This document shows, one piece after another, positions 36,846-46,377 of a DNA stretch of 64,000 nucleotides (position 1 is its first letter; each line of letters begins with the position of its first letter). The stretch is from positions 32,001-96,000 of the IMG/VR virus record IMGVR_UViG_3300005681_000033; one strand, 5' to 3'. The position numbers and the translations under genes were made by a program. The notes beneath the pieces are model-generated. The model was not told where the DNA came from and did no database searches. It saw only the letters and a program-made list of their open reading frames with translations. Source of the DNA: a virus.

Positions 36846-39800
36846 TTTTCTTGTTTTTTAATGTTTTTTACCGGTGGGTGTAGCTGATTCATAAGCTTTT
36901 GGACATAATGATGATCTTTAAATTGTCTACCATTTTTGATTGCTTTTTTCGTACCTGCAATCCCATTTAACCATGCGTAACCAATATGCATTGGGTTTTC
37001 ACCTAGTGCTTTTACGATATGGTCATAATGCTTAGAAGCAATTAAATGCTCAAGTTTTGGGTTTTTGTCCATATAATCATGAAACTCTTGACCTGTTAAA
37101 CCTAAAGCAGCTGAGTGAGCTTGCATTAAATTTGGAATTCTTTTAATTGTCTCTCGAATAACAACCGGCATTAATCCATAACTTCCGTAGGCTTTGTCAC
37201 CCTTAAAGAGTCCAGATTTCATTTCTGCATGGTCTGTGTTTTTACCATTAGATGATTCGATAAATTTAATTCCGCTCAACACCCGATCTTTTTTTGTAGG
37301 AGTAGTTGGCTTGTTTTCGACAACTTTTGGTTGGGTTGGCTGTGGTACCTGAGTTTGTTTAGAAGTATCCATCGGAGCCATAGTTCCAGCGGCAATTGCT
37401 AGTCCTGCAATCCCTGATTTGATCTTGTTTGAAATATCACCTTTTTGTAATGGTTGTAACACGATTGCCTCTCGCTTTCCAAACTTTTTACGTTTGAATT
37501 CTTCAGCTCTTTGTTGACGCTGTACCATTCTTTTATGGTCGTCTTGCCAAGCATTTGGTAATTCTTTTTCAGAAGCTTTTGCCTGTGCAGTTAGGTTAAT
37601 TTTTTGATTGAGATCTTTTCTAGGTTCCTTTGCTAATTCTACAATTTTAGGGTTTGCGTGTGCTATTTTACCTTTGTGGTTTACAATAACTTCGTGTTCT
37701 GTTCTAAACTGAGTGTTTTCGTCTGGAATTAATGTAGCATTTGGTACGTTATGAATGTGTGATTCTGGAATCCAAGCCGATACCACACGTGGGCTTTTGC
37801 CAAGATTTTCAAGGTGGTCACTAGCAAAACCACTAGCTACTTTGTAACTTGGTGTCCAAGATGTAAAAGAATTTGGAGGATAGTTGGCAACGCCATTGAT
37901 ATGATTTGTTTGAAATTCAGATTCCGCCATACCTCGATGTAACAAGAACATTCTCTCGCCTGTTTTTGGATGACGTCTAACCTGTGTTTTTCCTGTTAAT
38001 TTATGTAGGGCTCTGATTTTCGCATTGGCGTGAATTTCAGGGACGTTTTGACGAGCATCTTGATCATCACCTTCTTTAGTCCAGTTTTCAGTAGCCTTGT
38101 GATCTTCAGGATTTAAGTTTTTATCAGGATTAAAAGGTGCGAGTCTGTTCATTGCACCCTTCATCATGATAATTTCACGTTTCTTTAATTGCATTTGACT
38201 GTAAACAGATTGTACGCTATTTTTAGTAGTATTTTTTTCTGGTTGATGTGTGTTTAATTTATGCGGATTAACTATAACCTCATGTTCATTTTTTAAATTT
38301 TCCCTTAAAGAATGATCTTGTTGATTTTGATTTTTAATAGAAAACATTGGAATGCTATGTATGTGTTTTACAGGAATCCAAGAAGACATGGTTTTTGGAC
38401 CAGACATATCAATCTTTTTTCCATATGTTGATTCTTGTTCTTGAATATCATTTGGATTTTCCATGGCATTTCTAAAATAATCTTGAGCGAAGTTATGTGC
38501 TGTATTGTAATTAGGCGTCCAAGAAGTTTTATCATATGTATGATTATTATTTTCTATTGTATTGTGATGTTCTATTGGATGCATTCCTCTATGTAATAAA
38601 ACCTCAAGCTCTCCACTATTTGGATTTTTTCTTGTTTGTGTTTTTTTATAAAGATTAAGCAATGCTCTTTGTCTAGCATTTCCCACTACAGAAGGAACAT
38701 TATCCCTATTAAAAGATGAAGCATTTACCCATTGTTTTGTATTGTTGTGATTCTGATCGGTTATATCTGCATTAGGGTTAAACGGAAATAATCTTTGTTT
38801 AGCACCTTTCATCATAATGATTTCACGTTTCTTTAAACCACCAAGCTGTTTGTAAATAGAGTTGTGCTCGCTGTCCATGGCCCAATCTGGCAATACAGTA
38901 GCTTTTTGATCTGCATAAATTGTATTTGCAGGATTTTTTCTATTGTTCTCTCCATGGGGTCCAAAATTAACCCATGAATTTTGACCGCGAGTTTCTGCCG
39001 TCAATGCTTTCTGAGCCATTGGAGAATACATTTGCATATGGTTTTTCCATGCATTCTCTTCACCTTCAGCACCAAATCCATGGCCTTCTTTAGCATGGCC
39101 AAAATAATCATGTACAATTCTAAACACATCGTTGGCAACCATTGGTTGACCTTCATGCATGTGTTCAGTTGGTTGTAACATTGGATGTGCAGAATCCGCC
39201 TGATTGGGGTCGGAGCCATATCCACTTTCCGTTGGGAAATACCAAATATGATTATTATTGTGAATGTCGTGAAACAGGTCTTTAGAAGTTTTATATGGAT
39301 TTTCTTGTCCAGGTTTGATTTTAGAAATCTTTAAACCTGAATTTAAAATATGTTTAAACTGATCGTTAGTTTCTTTAACTAGAGCCTGATAAGCTTGTTG
39401 GACGTGTTGGGCTTGAGGTTCGTGATTTGCTTGATGATAGGCATCAGCAATACGCTTCGCACGCGTCGGGTCAACTTTGACAGCTGGCATCTTGTGTTGT
39501 AATCTCATTCCTTTAGAAGCTGCATACCGATCAGCAACACCTCTAATTTTATCACTACCTTTGTCAGTAGGTTTAGGCTTATTCATCCATGGAAAATCGG
39601 TTGGTAATGCACCACCAATACCCTTGGCTGCGTTTTCTTCATTTTGAGCACGTATTTTTTCTTGCTTAGAAGCACCGGCTACCATTTTATTGGCAACGTT
39701 GGTTTGTCGTTCATTTATGGCATGGCCAACTTCTTCTTCAGAGTATTCCTTACCACCAGCACCAATATGGTTGTCAGACTTGATCTGTTTAAGTCGATCT

Positions 39801-40786
39801 AAACCAATATGCTTTGATGGTGACTGAATACCCTTTTGAATGTTATTTAAGGACTCTTCTGACTCCACAGGAGTTTCATGGTACAAACCAACAACACCAC
39901 GCATATCTTCACGCTCATGTTGAGAGTTATAAAAACCATGAAACCCTCGCTTTTTTAGCTCTCCGTGTAATTCGTCACGGGTAACGATCCCTGGATTAAG
40001 GGTTTGACCTGATTGCTTCAGGTGTTGACTGACCTTGTCTTTGTCTAGACCAAGATCGTATAATTTAGCTTCTTGTGTTTTAACATGATATTTAGAATTC
40101 GAACCTTGAGTAACCAAATCTTCTGTTGGAGAATCCTGTCTATAGAAAAAAGACACAGGATGTTCTGGACGACCGTATTTAGAAGATGAATCTTTGATTC
40201 GATTGCCCTGATGAATTGGGTTGATTGACTTCAAACCTTGAGTTGGTGAATAATGAATCAAGGTTAATTCATCTTCGCTCTTTTTAACATAACCTTCTGG
40301 TTTCAATTTAGACATTTCTGGTTCATGGAAATTTTCCATGTCAAAAGAATGGGTAAAGGTAGTACCGTCTTTTAAGGTCGAAAAATAATCTTCAGGTGGT
40401 CGTTTATGGAAGTTTGTGCCTTGACCTTTTAAATGTTGGCCTGCGTGTTCACCGTGGTGGAAATGCATCTCATGATTGTAACCGTCTGAGTAAATACTCG
40501 ATTCTTGACCAAGTCCTTCAGCAAGCTTTTGTAAATATCTAACTGCGTGTTTATTTGGATTGTGAACCAAAATGGAGTTTTCTGGACTACCATAATGACC
40601 TTGTATTACATCGAAACGATAGCCTTTTTTAGTAAGCAAGTCTTGCACACCTTGATGATCAAGATTGTATTTAACTGGATAACGTGGATTTTCTGCAGAA
40701 AAGATAAAATGAGGCTTTCGAGCGTTGACAGAATCAACCTCGGTTGTTAATGGATTTTTAACTGATTGCAGTGTCTTTTTATACAT
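36842..40786 (-). CDS. polyvalent virion polyprotein: SAM-lyase-like, 3 ART-like, HDxxGH domain, lytic transglycosylase-like
   Basis: SAENP..GHYG..E.S..GQES; HYS..FFY..LYD..GFHG; VHDYFGH..GEENAW..ETRGQNSW; 2x LHRGM..SWTP..EHEVIV; IESSNG..AYG.YGLMP. Confidence 0.75.
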   Translation of the reverse strand: MYKKTLQSVKNPLTTEVDSVNARKPHFIFSAENPRYPVKYNLDHQGVQDLLTKKGYRFDVIQGHYGSPENSILVHNPNKHAVRYLQKLAEGLGQESSIYSDGYNHEMHFHHGEHAGQHLKGQGTNFHKRPPEDYFSTLKDGTTFTHSFDMENFHEPEMSKLKPEGYVKKSEDELTLIHYSPTQGLKSINPIHQGNRIKDSSSKYGRPEHPVSFFYRQDSPTEDLVTQGSNSKYHVKTQEAKLYDLGLDKDKVSQHLKQSGQTLNPGIVTRDELHGELKKRGFHGFYNSQHEREDMRGVVGLYHETPVESEESLNNIQKGIQSPSKHIGLDRLKQIKSDNHIGAGGKEYSEEEVGHAINERQTNVANKMVAGASKQEKIRAQNEENAAKGIGGALPTDFPWMNKPKPTDKGSDKIRGVADRYAASKGMRLQHKMPAVKVDPTRAKRIADAYHQANHEPQAQHVQQAYQALVKETNDQFKHILNSGLKISKIKPGQENPYKTSKDLFHDIHNNNHIWYFPTESGYGSDPNQADSAHPMLQPTEHMHEGQPMVANDVFRIVHDYFGHAKEGHGFGAEGEENAWKNHMQMYSPMAQKALTAETRGQNSWVNFGPHGENNRKNPANTIYADQKATVLPDWAMDSEHNSIYKQLGGLKKREIIMMKGAKQRLFPFNPNADITDQNHNNTKQWVNASSFNRDNVPSVVGNARQRALLNLYKKTQTRKNPNSGELEVLLHRGMHPIEHHNTIENNNHTYDKTSWTPNYNTAHNFAQDYFRNAMENPNDIQEQESTYGKKIDMSGPKTMSSWIPVKHIHSIPMFSIKNQNQQDHSLRENLKNEHEVIVNPHKLNTHQPEKNTTKNSVQSVYSQMQLKKREIIMMKGAMNRLAPFNPDKNLNPEDHKATENWTKEGDDQDARQNVPEIHANAKIRALHKLTGKTQVRRHPKTGERMFLLHRGMAESEFQTNHINGVANYPPNSFTSWTPSYKVASGFASDHLENLGKSPRVVSAWIPESHIHNVPNATLIPDENTQFRTEHEVIVNHKGKIAHANPKIVELAKEPRKDLNQKINLTAQAKASEKELPNAWQDDHKRMVQRQQRAEEFKRKKFGKREAIVLQPLQKGDISNKIKSGIAGLAIAAGTMAPMDTSKQTQVPQPTQPKVVENKPTTPTKKDRVLSGIKFIESSNGKNTDHAEMKSGLFKGDKAYGSYGLMPVVIRETIKRIPNLMQAHSAALGLTGQEFHDYMDKNPKLEHLIASKHYDHIVKALGENPMHIGYAWLNGIAGTKKAIKNGRQFKDHHYVQKLMNQLHPPVKNIKKQEK

Positions 40787-40809
40787 ACGCCTCTAGTGTA
40801 ACATAAAAG

Positions 40810-41637
40810 CTAAATATTTGAAAGAAAGTATTTATTTGAGAAAATAGCCTTAAGCTTTGATACAGCTAAATCTCGTTTTTTCTCAAGATCTTCAATACGT
40901 TGGGCGTAAATTTTAGGTCCAGCAGAAGAAGCAGATTGAGAAATCCCATCCTGAGAAATACTGGTTGAATTGTATTTGTTGGCCGATTGCAAGTCGCTTA
41001 AAATCTCAATAGCAGCAATCATGCCAACAATCGCATTTACTGGAATTGGAACTTGACCTTCAGTGTTGCTTAAACCATAGGTATACTTGATTGTGAAAAA
41101 AGCAGGCAACCATTGAAAATTATTAATTGCTTGTAAGAAAATGAGACCTGCGTTTGAAGCTCGACCGTCTTGTAAACCAGCAGCTCCAAAAATACTCAAA
41201 ATAGGAATTAAATTTAATTGACGTTGATGTGCCAATCCCACTTCAATCCAATCGGGTGGAAGGTGGTAAATGTTTTCGCCATTAGAACTCATAATGTCGA
41301 TGCTTTCGATAGACATGATAGGCCCATGCTTAGTTTTCATAAACACAAAGGATTTGTAAAGATCTCTGTCAAAAGGAATTCTTTCCATGTCTTGGACCGC
41401 AGTAATTCTAAGACCCGTCATGGTTTCAAATTCATTCATAGCCAAATTGATTTGATCTTGCAATTCAGCAGTTGAGTACTTTGCTCTGATTTCTTTTTCT
41501 TGGCTTTTAAGGTAACGAGAAATTAAAAGATCTGGTGTTAACAATTCTTCTGTTCTTGCCATCAAGTCAGACGTTGCGAACGCCTGGACTGGATAAACCT
41601 TAGTACCAAACGATTTGGATTTACTGTAATCGGCCAT
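40810..41637 (-). CDS. putative head-tail adaptor (neck) protein (start MADYS)
   Basis: I.Y.YG...P....VGM.AAI.IL...SISQDGISQS motif typical of myophage adaptor proteins. Confidence 0.65.
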   Translation of the reverse strand: MADYSKSKSFGTKVYPVQAFATSDLMARTEELLTPDLLISRYLKSQEKEIRAKYSTAELQDQINLAMNEFETMTGLRITAVQDMERIPFDRDLYKSFVFMKTKHGPIMSIESIDIMSSNGENIYHLPPDWIEVGLAHQRQLNLIPILSIFGAAGLQDGRASNAGLIFLQAINNFQWLPAFFTIKYTYGLSNTEGQVPIPVNAIVGMIAAIEILSDLQSANKYNSTSISQDGISQSASSAGPKIYAQRIEDLEKKRDLAVSKLKAIFSNKYFLSNI

Positions 41638-42059
41638 TAGCAAGACCCCACGTTAAGAAGGCTTGCCGAAACCCCACCCTTAACAAGGATGTTTTTTTCA
41701 TTAGCATCTTCAGTTAGTTTGATTTTAAAGTTTCCAGATTTAGGCAATTGAGCATCTGTTAAATCAAATTTCCAAATACTTTTGTCATCTGCAAATGGTT
41801 GCGTTCCAATAATAACCAAAACATCTGCATCGTCAATCGATGGGAATGTTGCTTCCGCACCAATAGTGGTTCCTTGAGGGATGTATCTCATAGGATGTTC
41901 AGGCAGTGCAACAGATTTATCTGGTCCAGGGACTTTGTCCAAATCAACCAATTGGACGTAAATTTCGTTAGCTTGGCCTTCTTGGACAGATGCAGAGTTT
42001 GCATACTCCCAATTGTTTACATTGGCTACATTTTTAAGAACTTTGGCACTTAATCGCAT
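41637..42059 (-). CDS. putative virion protein, beta-rich (start MRLSA)
   Basis: AGGAG RBS, late motif upstream, TAATG coupling to adaptor gene. Confidence 0.6.
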   Translation of the reverse strand: MRLSAKVLKNVANVNNWEYANSASVQEGQANEIYVQLVDLDKVPGPDKSVALPEHPMRYIPQGTTIGAEATFPSIDDADVLVIIGTQPFADDKSIWKFDLTDAQLPKSGNFKIKLTEDANEKNILVKGGVSASLLNVGSC

Positions 42060-42087
42060 AAAATTTAGGCTCCTTTGAGGTCTTCTA

Positions 42088-42096
42088 TAAAGATTG
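42088..42096 (-). promoter_or_regulatory. candidate late promoter CAATCTTTA
   Basis: exact motif, back-to-back with an extended -10 on the + strand. Confidence 0.6.
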
Positions 42097-42119
42097 CAAT
42101 TTTTGTGGTAATATAGGGT

Positions 42120-42737
42120 ATGGCAAGACCACTCAAAATTATCAGTATTGACGGTACTAAAGGTTCTGGAAAGACCAGTCAAATCGGCATGTTAGCTCGT
42201 TTATTTAAGGACAATTCCATCCCTTGTTTAGTTGTTCAAGCCGGTAGGGATATTGCCACTGGACAGGTTTCTATACAAAAAATTCGTACTTTTGTCTCTG
42301 AAAACCCCAATGGAGTCGCTATTTTAGATGGTTCTATTGCTAGAATGATGGTTGCCGATCTCATGATTGGAAAGGCCAAAGAGAAGGTGATCGACGAATA
42401 TAAGTATCTAACTCATGATTATGAAAGGCTAGATCATGAATTTGGAATTGCTTCATTTTTGATGATTATGGACGATCTAAAAGAGGGCGAACGTCGACTT
42501 GTCAAAAGAAAGGCTTTGCTCGGAATTGAGGCTGAAGAGTACGACCCAGGATATGAGGCTGATATTGTAAATGGTATGCGTTTTTTTAACAATCACGTGG
42601 CTTCCAAAAACATGACGTTTCGTATCATTGATATTGAAAATGAAGACACAATGATGCAAATTCACAAAAAAATTATGGATTCATTGTCTAACAACTATGA
42701 GTTGCCAGAGCTTAAAAAGGATAAAAACGATTGGTAG
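42120..42737 (+). CDS. thymidylate-kinase-like P-loop nucleotide kinase
   Basis: IISIDGTKGSGKTSQ Walker A, AILDG strand; canonical DR arginine absent. Confidence 0.7.
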   Translation: MARPLKIISIDGTKGSGKTSQIGMLARLFKDNSIPCLVVQAGRDIATGQVSIQKIRTFVSENPNGVAILDGSIARMMVADLMIGKAKEKVIDEYKYLTHDYERLDHEFGIASFLMIMDDLKEGERRLVKRKALLGIEAEEYDPGYEADIVNGMRFFNNHVASKNMTFRIIDIENEDTMMQIHKKIMDSLSNNYELPELKKDKNDW

Positions 42738-43318
42738 AGTTGTCACAAGATACTATTTTTAAGCTTGGAGTTATGCTGGACAATGAAGTCTTACGTGATG
42801 AAATTGTTTCTCGCCTTACTTGTTTTGGTGAGCCAATTAGAACAATGGAACAAGCCAATGCCATTGGTGAAACGACCTTTGCACAGTTTGATGATAAGAT
42901 CACTCAGGTATTTAAAACTAAAATGGCTAATTATGACCATGGTGAGTGTGGCCTAGAAATCGCCAAGGGATTGAATGGCTGTCTTAAAGTTCTTGAACAG
43001 GCCAAGGCCGGACAAACACCTAATATCCAAGAGTTAATGGGTGAAAAAATGGATAAGGTGGCATTTGAAGCCTTAATCCTTGCCCTAGCTAGTAATCAGG
43101 CTGCTAAAGAATTTAGAAAAGCTTATGATAAAATGTTTGATAGTCTTGTAAATATCAATCTTATTTCTACAACCAAAGCTTTATCACCCGAATATGACTA
43201 TATTCCACCTCATATTTTAGTGAACGCTAAAACTGACAAAATTCACAAAGAGACCTCTAAACCACGACCTGTGGACCCAAAACGTATCAAAAGAATACGC
43301 TTAAAAAAAGATAATTGA
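42731..43318 (+). CDS. hypothetical protein
   Basis: 195 aa ORF overlapping kinase stop. Confidence 0.65.
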   Translation: MVELSQDTIFKLGVMLDNEVLRDEIVSRLTCFGEPIRTMEQANAIGETTFAQFDDKITQVFKTKMANYDHGECGLEIAKGLNGCLKVLEQAKAGQTPNIQELMGEKMDKVAFEALILALASNQAAKEFRKAYDKMFDSLVNINLISTTKALSPEYDYIPPHILVNAKTDKIHKETSKPRPVDPKRIKRIRLKKDN

Positions 43319-43348
43319 TTTTTCTATCAGATCTGTTATTATTATCCT

Positions 43349-43537
43349 ATGGAAACAAATGTAACTTATATCAATAGTAAAAAACCGCTGACGCGTGATG
43401 ATATGGCTAAATTATTGCGTATTTTAAGAGAAAGAGAGCAATCAACACCAAATCCTTTACTTAAGGATTGGTTTGTAATTCGTAATCAAATTAGACAATT
43501 AGAAAAAGAAATCAACAAAACAAGGAGATCTTTATGA
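43349..43537 (+). CDS. hypothetical protein (apparently leaderless)
   Basis: TG-T-TATTAT 6 nt before ATG. Confidence 0.6.
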   Translation: METNVTYINSKKPLTRDDMAKLLRILREREQSTPNPLLKDWFVIRNQIRQLEKEINKTRRSL

Positions 43538-43815
43538 CAGACACACAACAAAAATTTTTAGAAATCTCAAAGCGATATGAAGCTCTTAAAGAAGAAATGA
43601 AGGCTTTAAAACCTACTCTTCAAGAGTTGATGACTGAATTAAAAGTTGGAACTCATTTTCAAGACCCAGAAACACAACTTGTTTATCGCATTGAAGTTCC
43701 GACTGGAACTTATGTGTCTTTTGACCCTATCACTTACACTCGTACTAAAAAGGTTGGCGAGGATAAAGGTTCTTTGGCTAAGAGTGAAGCTCAAAAGCTT
43801 GGATATAATATCTAA
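43534..43815 (+). CDS. hypothetical protein
   Basis: AGGAG RBS. Confidence 0.7.
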   Translation: MTDTQQKFLEISKRYEALKEEMKALKPTLQELMTELKVGTHFQDPETQLVYRIEVPTGTYVSFDPITYTRTKKVGEDKGSLAKSEAQKLGYNI

Positions 43816-44207
43816 TTATTCATCCAGTATTTTAATGCAATGTTGTGTTGGATAGGCACGTGCAAATCTGACACAACATAATTTGGATTCATATAGTGCC
43901 ATGAATCTACCTCTTTGTCCGGGTCTTTCGATGCATCTAACATTTGCTTTGGGTCTGGGGTCACATGGAACAAATACAATAAAAGATTTTGTTCTTTATC
44001 CCAATGCGAAGCAACAAGCTTGATATCTTCTACATCCAAACCTGTTTCTTCTTTTAGTTCTCTAATAGCACCTTCATATGGATCTTCGCCCTCATTCAAG
44101 TGTCCACCCGGAACTGTCCATTTTTTATTGTCGTTGCGAACGCCCATTAAGATATTATCGCTATGATCTGTTAATAGACAAATTGCAACTCTTCGCGAAT
44201 TAGCCAT
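43812..44207 (-). CDS. Nudix hydrolase
   Basis: Nudix box GGHLNEGEDPYEGAIRELKEETGL. Confidence 0.92.
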   Translation of the reverse strand: MANSRRVAICLLTDHSDNILMGVRNDNKKWTVPGGHLNEGEDPYEGAIRELKEETGLDVEDIKLVASHWDKEQNLLLYLFHVTPDPKQMLDASKDPDKEVDSWHYMNPNYVVSDLHVPIQHNIALKYWMNN

Positions 44208-44212
44208 TTATC

Positions 44213-46333
44213 CTACTTCTTTTTTTCGTTTTTGTAAAGAAATTCAGATTTGGCAATTTTCATTTTTGGCTGTGCCTGTGGCATTTCTGGTTGAGCAGGC
44301 ATTGGAGCTGGTTGATTTTGAGCTACCGGTTGTTGTGTAGGCATTGGAGCTGGACGCGGTTTCATTCGCACTACATTTGGAGGCAATTCTTGCTGCATTT
44401 GTGGTTGAACGGCTTGTTTTTTAGCTTGTCTATCCAACACAGCACCTGGCTGCCTATTTGTAATAGCAGCGTCTAAGGTTCTGTCTGCCTTAGACCATCC
44501 TTTATCTGGGTGAAATTTCATTTGACCACTAAAAATAGCATGTAATCGTGCTTTGTTTTCAGGAGAAAGGTTTCTCGCTTGACGAATTAAATCGACATAC
44601 TTTTCCTTTTTGCCTGGAACCTTAACACGAGTGGCAATCACCTTATTTGGATCTTCAACGGAAGTTCTCTGAGGTGCATTTTTATCCTTTACTGGAATTG
44701 ACACCTGACTTGCTGGCATCCCAAGAAAACGACGAATCAACTGCTCTGCAGCCATTGGTTGCACTTCACCTTGAGATCGTTTTTGTTGCATATATCCATA
44801 TTGCTTTTGAACATCCGAATATTGCTTATCCATTAAACGCTGTCCATCTTCAAGACTAACACCTTCAGGCATTAACATTAAATGTGCAATTTCATGAACA
44901 ATTGCTTCAGGATTCCATTGAGCTTCGAATTTACCTGAACGCCAATCTGGTTTATCCACACCAATTTCATTGTCTGCTTTTCTACGCTCACCTGTCTTGT
45001 CGTTTACCTTACCACCTGATGGTTGCAAATCAAGACCTAAAAACTTATCAACGAATTTTTTGATATGATTGATGTGCTTATCACGCATTGCAGATTTCGC
45101 TGCAGGTTGAGAATTGGTTCCAAATACCTTTTTACGTTGTTCGCGTACATTTTTAGAGGCTTTGTTAATATCTGAGTGTCCAAGCTTACGAACAATAACA
45201 AATTCAGATTTAACAACATCGACTTCAGACTTAGGAAGGTTTGGTTTTGGCATATCTTTCAATTCTTTCAATTTTCTAGAATGCATTTGACGTGCAACTT
45301 GTTTTTGTCTTTCTTTTCCACCAGATTTAATAGGTGTTTTTTTATTACTTCCTGCGATAGCCATGACACCAGCTCTACTATGAGTTCCAGTCCCAACATC
45401 CGACGTATGAACTCCCTTTAAATCTTTTGCCAATGCGTCACCCTGTACTTTTTCAGATGAAACTCCAGCACCACAAGACGCAACAAGAGCTTTACGAACA
45501 TTTGAATCGTATTTACTAAGCTGTTTTTTCTCGTTCTTTTGCCATGCTGGTTTCATTTTTGGCATTTTACCGTAAATTTGAGTGCCAGTTTTGGCTTTTG
45601 GTTCAGCTGCATAATTGATTTTATCACCAACGTGCATAGTGCTCGGAGCATTTTTTGGACTGAAGATGCGTTTAGGGATACGACCACTTCCAGGAGGAGA
45701 ATTCAAATCTGCTTTGTAAATGAAAGGAATCTCACCTTTCATGATTTGACACGAAGCTTCGTCTGCTTTAGACATAACATCTTGAATAAATGCAAATTTA
45801 CCAGAATCTGACTGTTTTTGGGCTTTGTCGTCTACTTTCAATTCGTAAGCTTCACAAACTTTATTGCAAGGAGTCAAAGTAACAGATACTTTTCTTGCAA
45901 TACATTTTGTAATAATAGCACCTTGTTTTTCAACACGAGAGCCTTCGATAGAAAAATTGATTAGTTTTTTGGCTTCTTTGTTAAGAGGTGTCATTTGGTC
46001 GTACTTGAGCATTGCAGCTACTTCACTAGCAGCTTTGTGACCAACCGAATCAAATAATTCACCAGCAACATAAATAAAAGGCATTTTAAGCTTATCCCAA
46101 AATTCCTTTTGATGTTCATTTTCGCAATCAGAGCGTTTTAAGATTTTCTTGGCTTCCCAAATCTTACCTACAATAGAAGAAGGGCTTTTAGAGTCATGTT
46201 CGTAGTTAAAAGTTCCATCTTTTGTAAGACTTGTAATATCTACGCCTTCAATTTGAATACGTTCGCCAGAACTATCTAAGTGTTCTGAGGCAGCGATGCC
46301 ATGAATGAAAGTTCCACGTTTTTGATCAGACAT
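44213..46333 (-). CDS. prohead (capsid maturation) protease with long C-terminal extension containing an HExxH domain
   Basis: GIAASEHLDSSGE..NYEH..VG..FSIEG..VSVT..P.N in first ~165 aa; HEIAH at aa 480-484. Confidence 0.8.
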   Translation of the reverse strand: MSDQKRGTFIHGIAASEHLDSSGERIQIEGVDITSLTKDGTFNYEHDSKSPSSIVGKIWEAKKILKRSDCENEHQKEFWDKLKMPFIYVAGELFDSVGHKAASEVAAMLKYDQMTPLNKEAKKLINFSIEGSRVEKQGAIITKCIARKVSVTLTPCNKVCEAYELKVDDKAQKQSDSGKFAFIQDVMSKADEASCQIMKGEIPFIYKADLNSPPGSGRIPKRIFSPKNAPSTMHVGDKINYAAEPKAKTGTQIYGKMPKMKPAWQKNEKKQLSKYDSNVRKALVASCGAGVSSEKVQGDALAKDLKGVHTSDVGTGTHSRAGVMAIAGSNKKTPIKSGGKERQKQVARQMHSRKLKELKDMPKPNLPKSEVDVVKSEFVIVRKLGHSDINKASKNVREQRKKVFGTNSQPAAKSAMRDKHINHIKKFVDKFLGLDLQPSGGKVNDKTGERRKADNEIGVDKPDWRSGKFEAQWNPEAIVHEIAHLMLMPEGVSLEDGQRLMDKQYSDVQKQYGYMQQKRSQGEVQPMAAEQLIRRFLGMPASQVSIPVKDKNAPQRTSVEDPNKVIATRVKVPGKKEKYVDLIRQARNLSPENKARLHAIFSGQMKFHPDKGWSKADRTLDAAITNRQPGAVLDRQAKKQAVQPQMQQELPPNVVRMKPRPAPMPTQQPVAQNQPAPMPAQPEMPQAQPKMKIAKSEFLYKNEKKK

Positions 46334-46368
46334 TTTAGACCTTTGTGATAGAAAGTGATTTTACATCT

Positions 46369-46377
46369 TAAAGATTG
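46369..46377 (-). promoter_or_regulatory. candidate late promoter CAATCTTTA
   Basis: exact motif upstream of protease. Confidence 0.6.
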
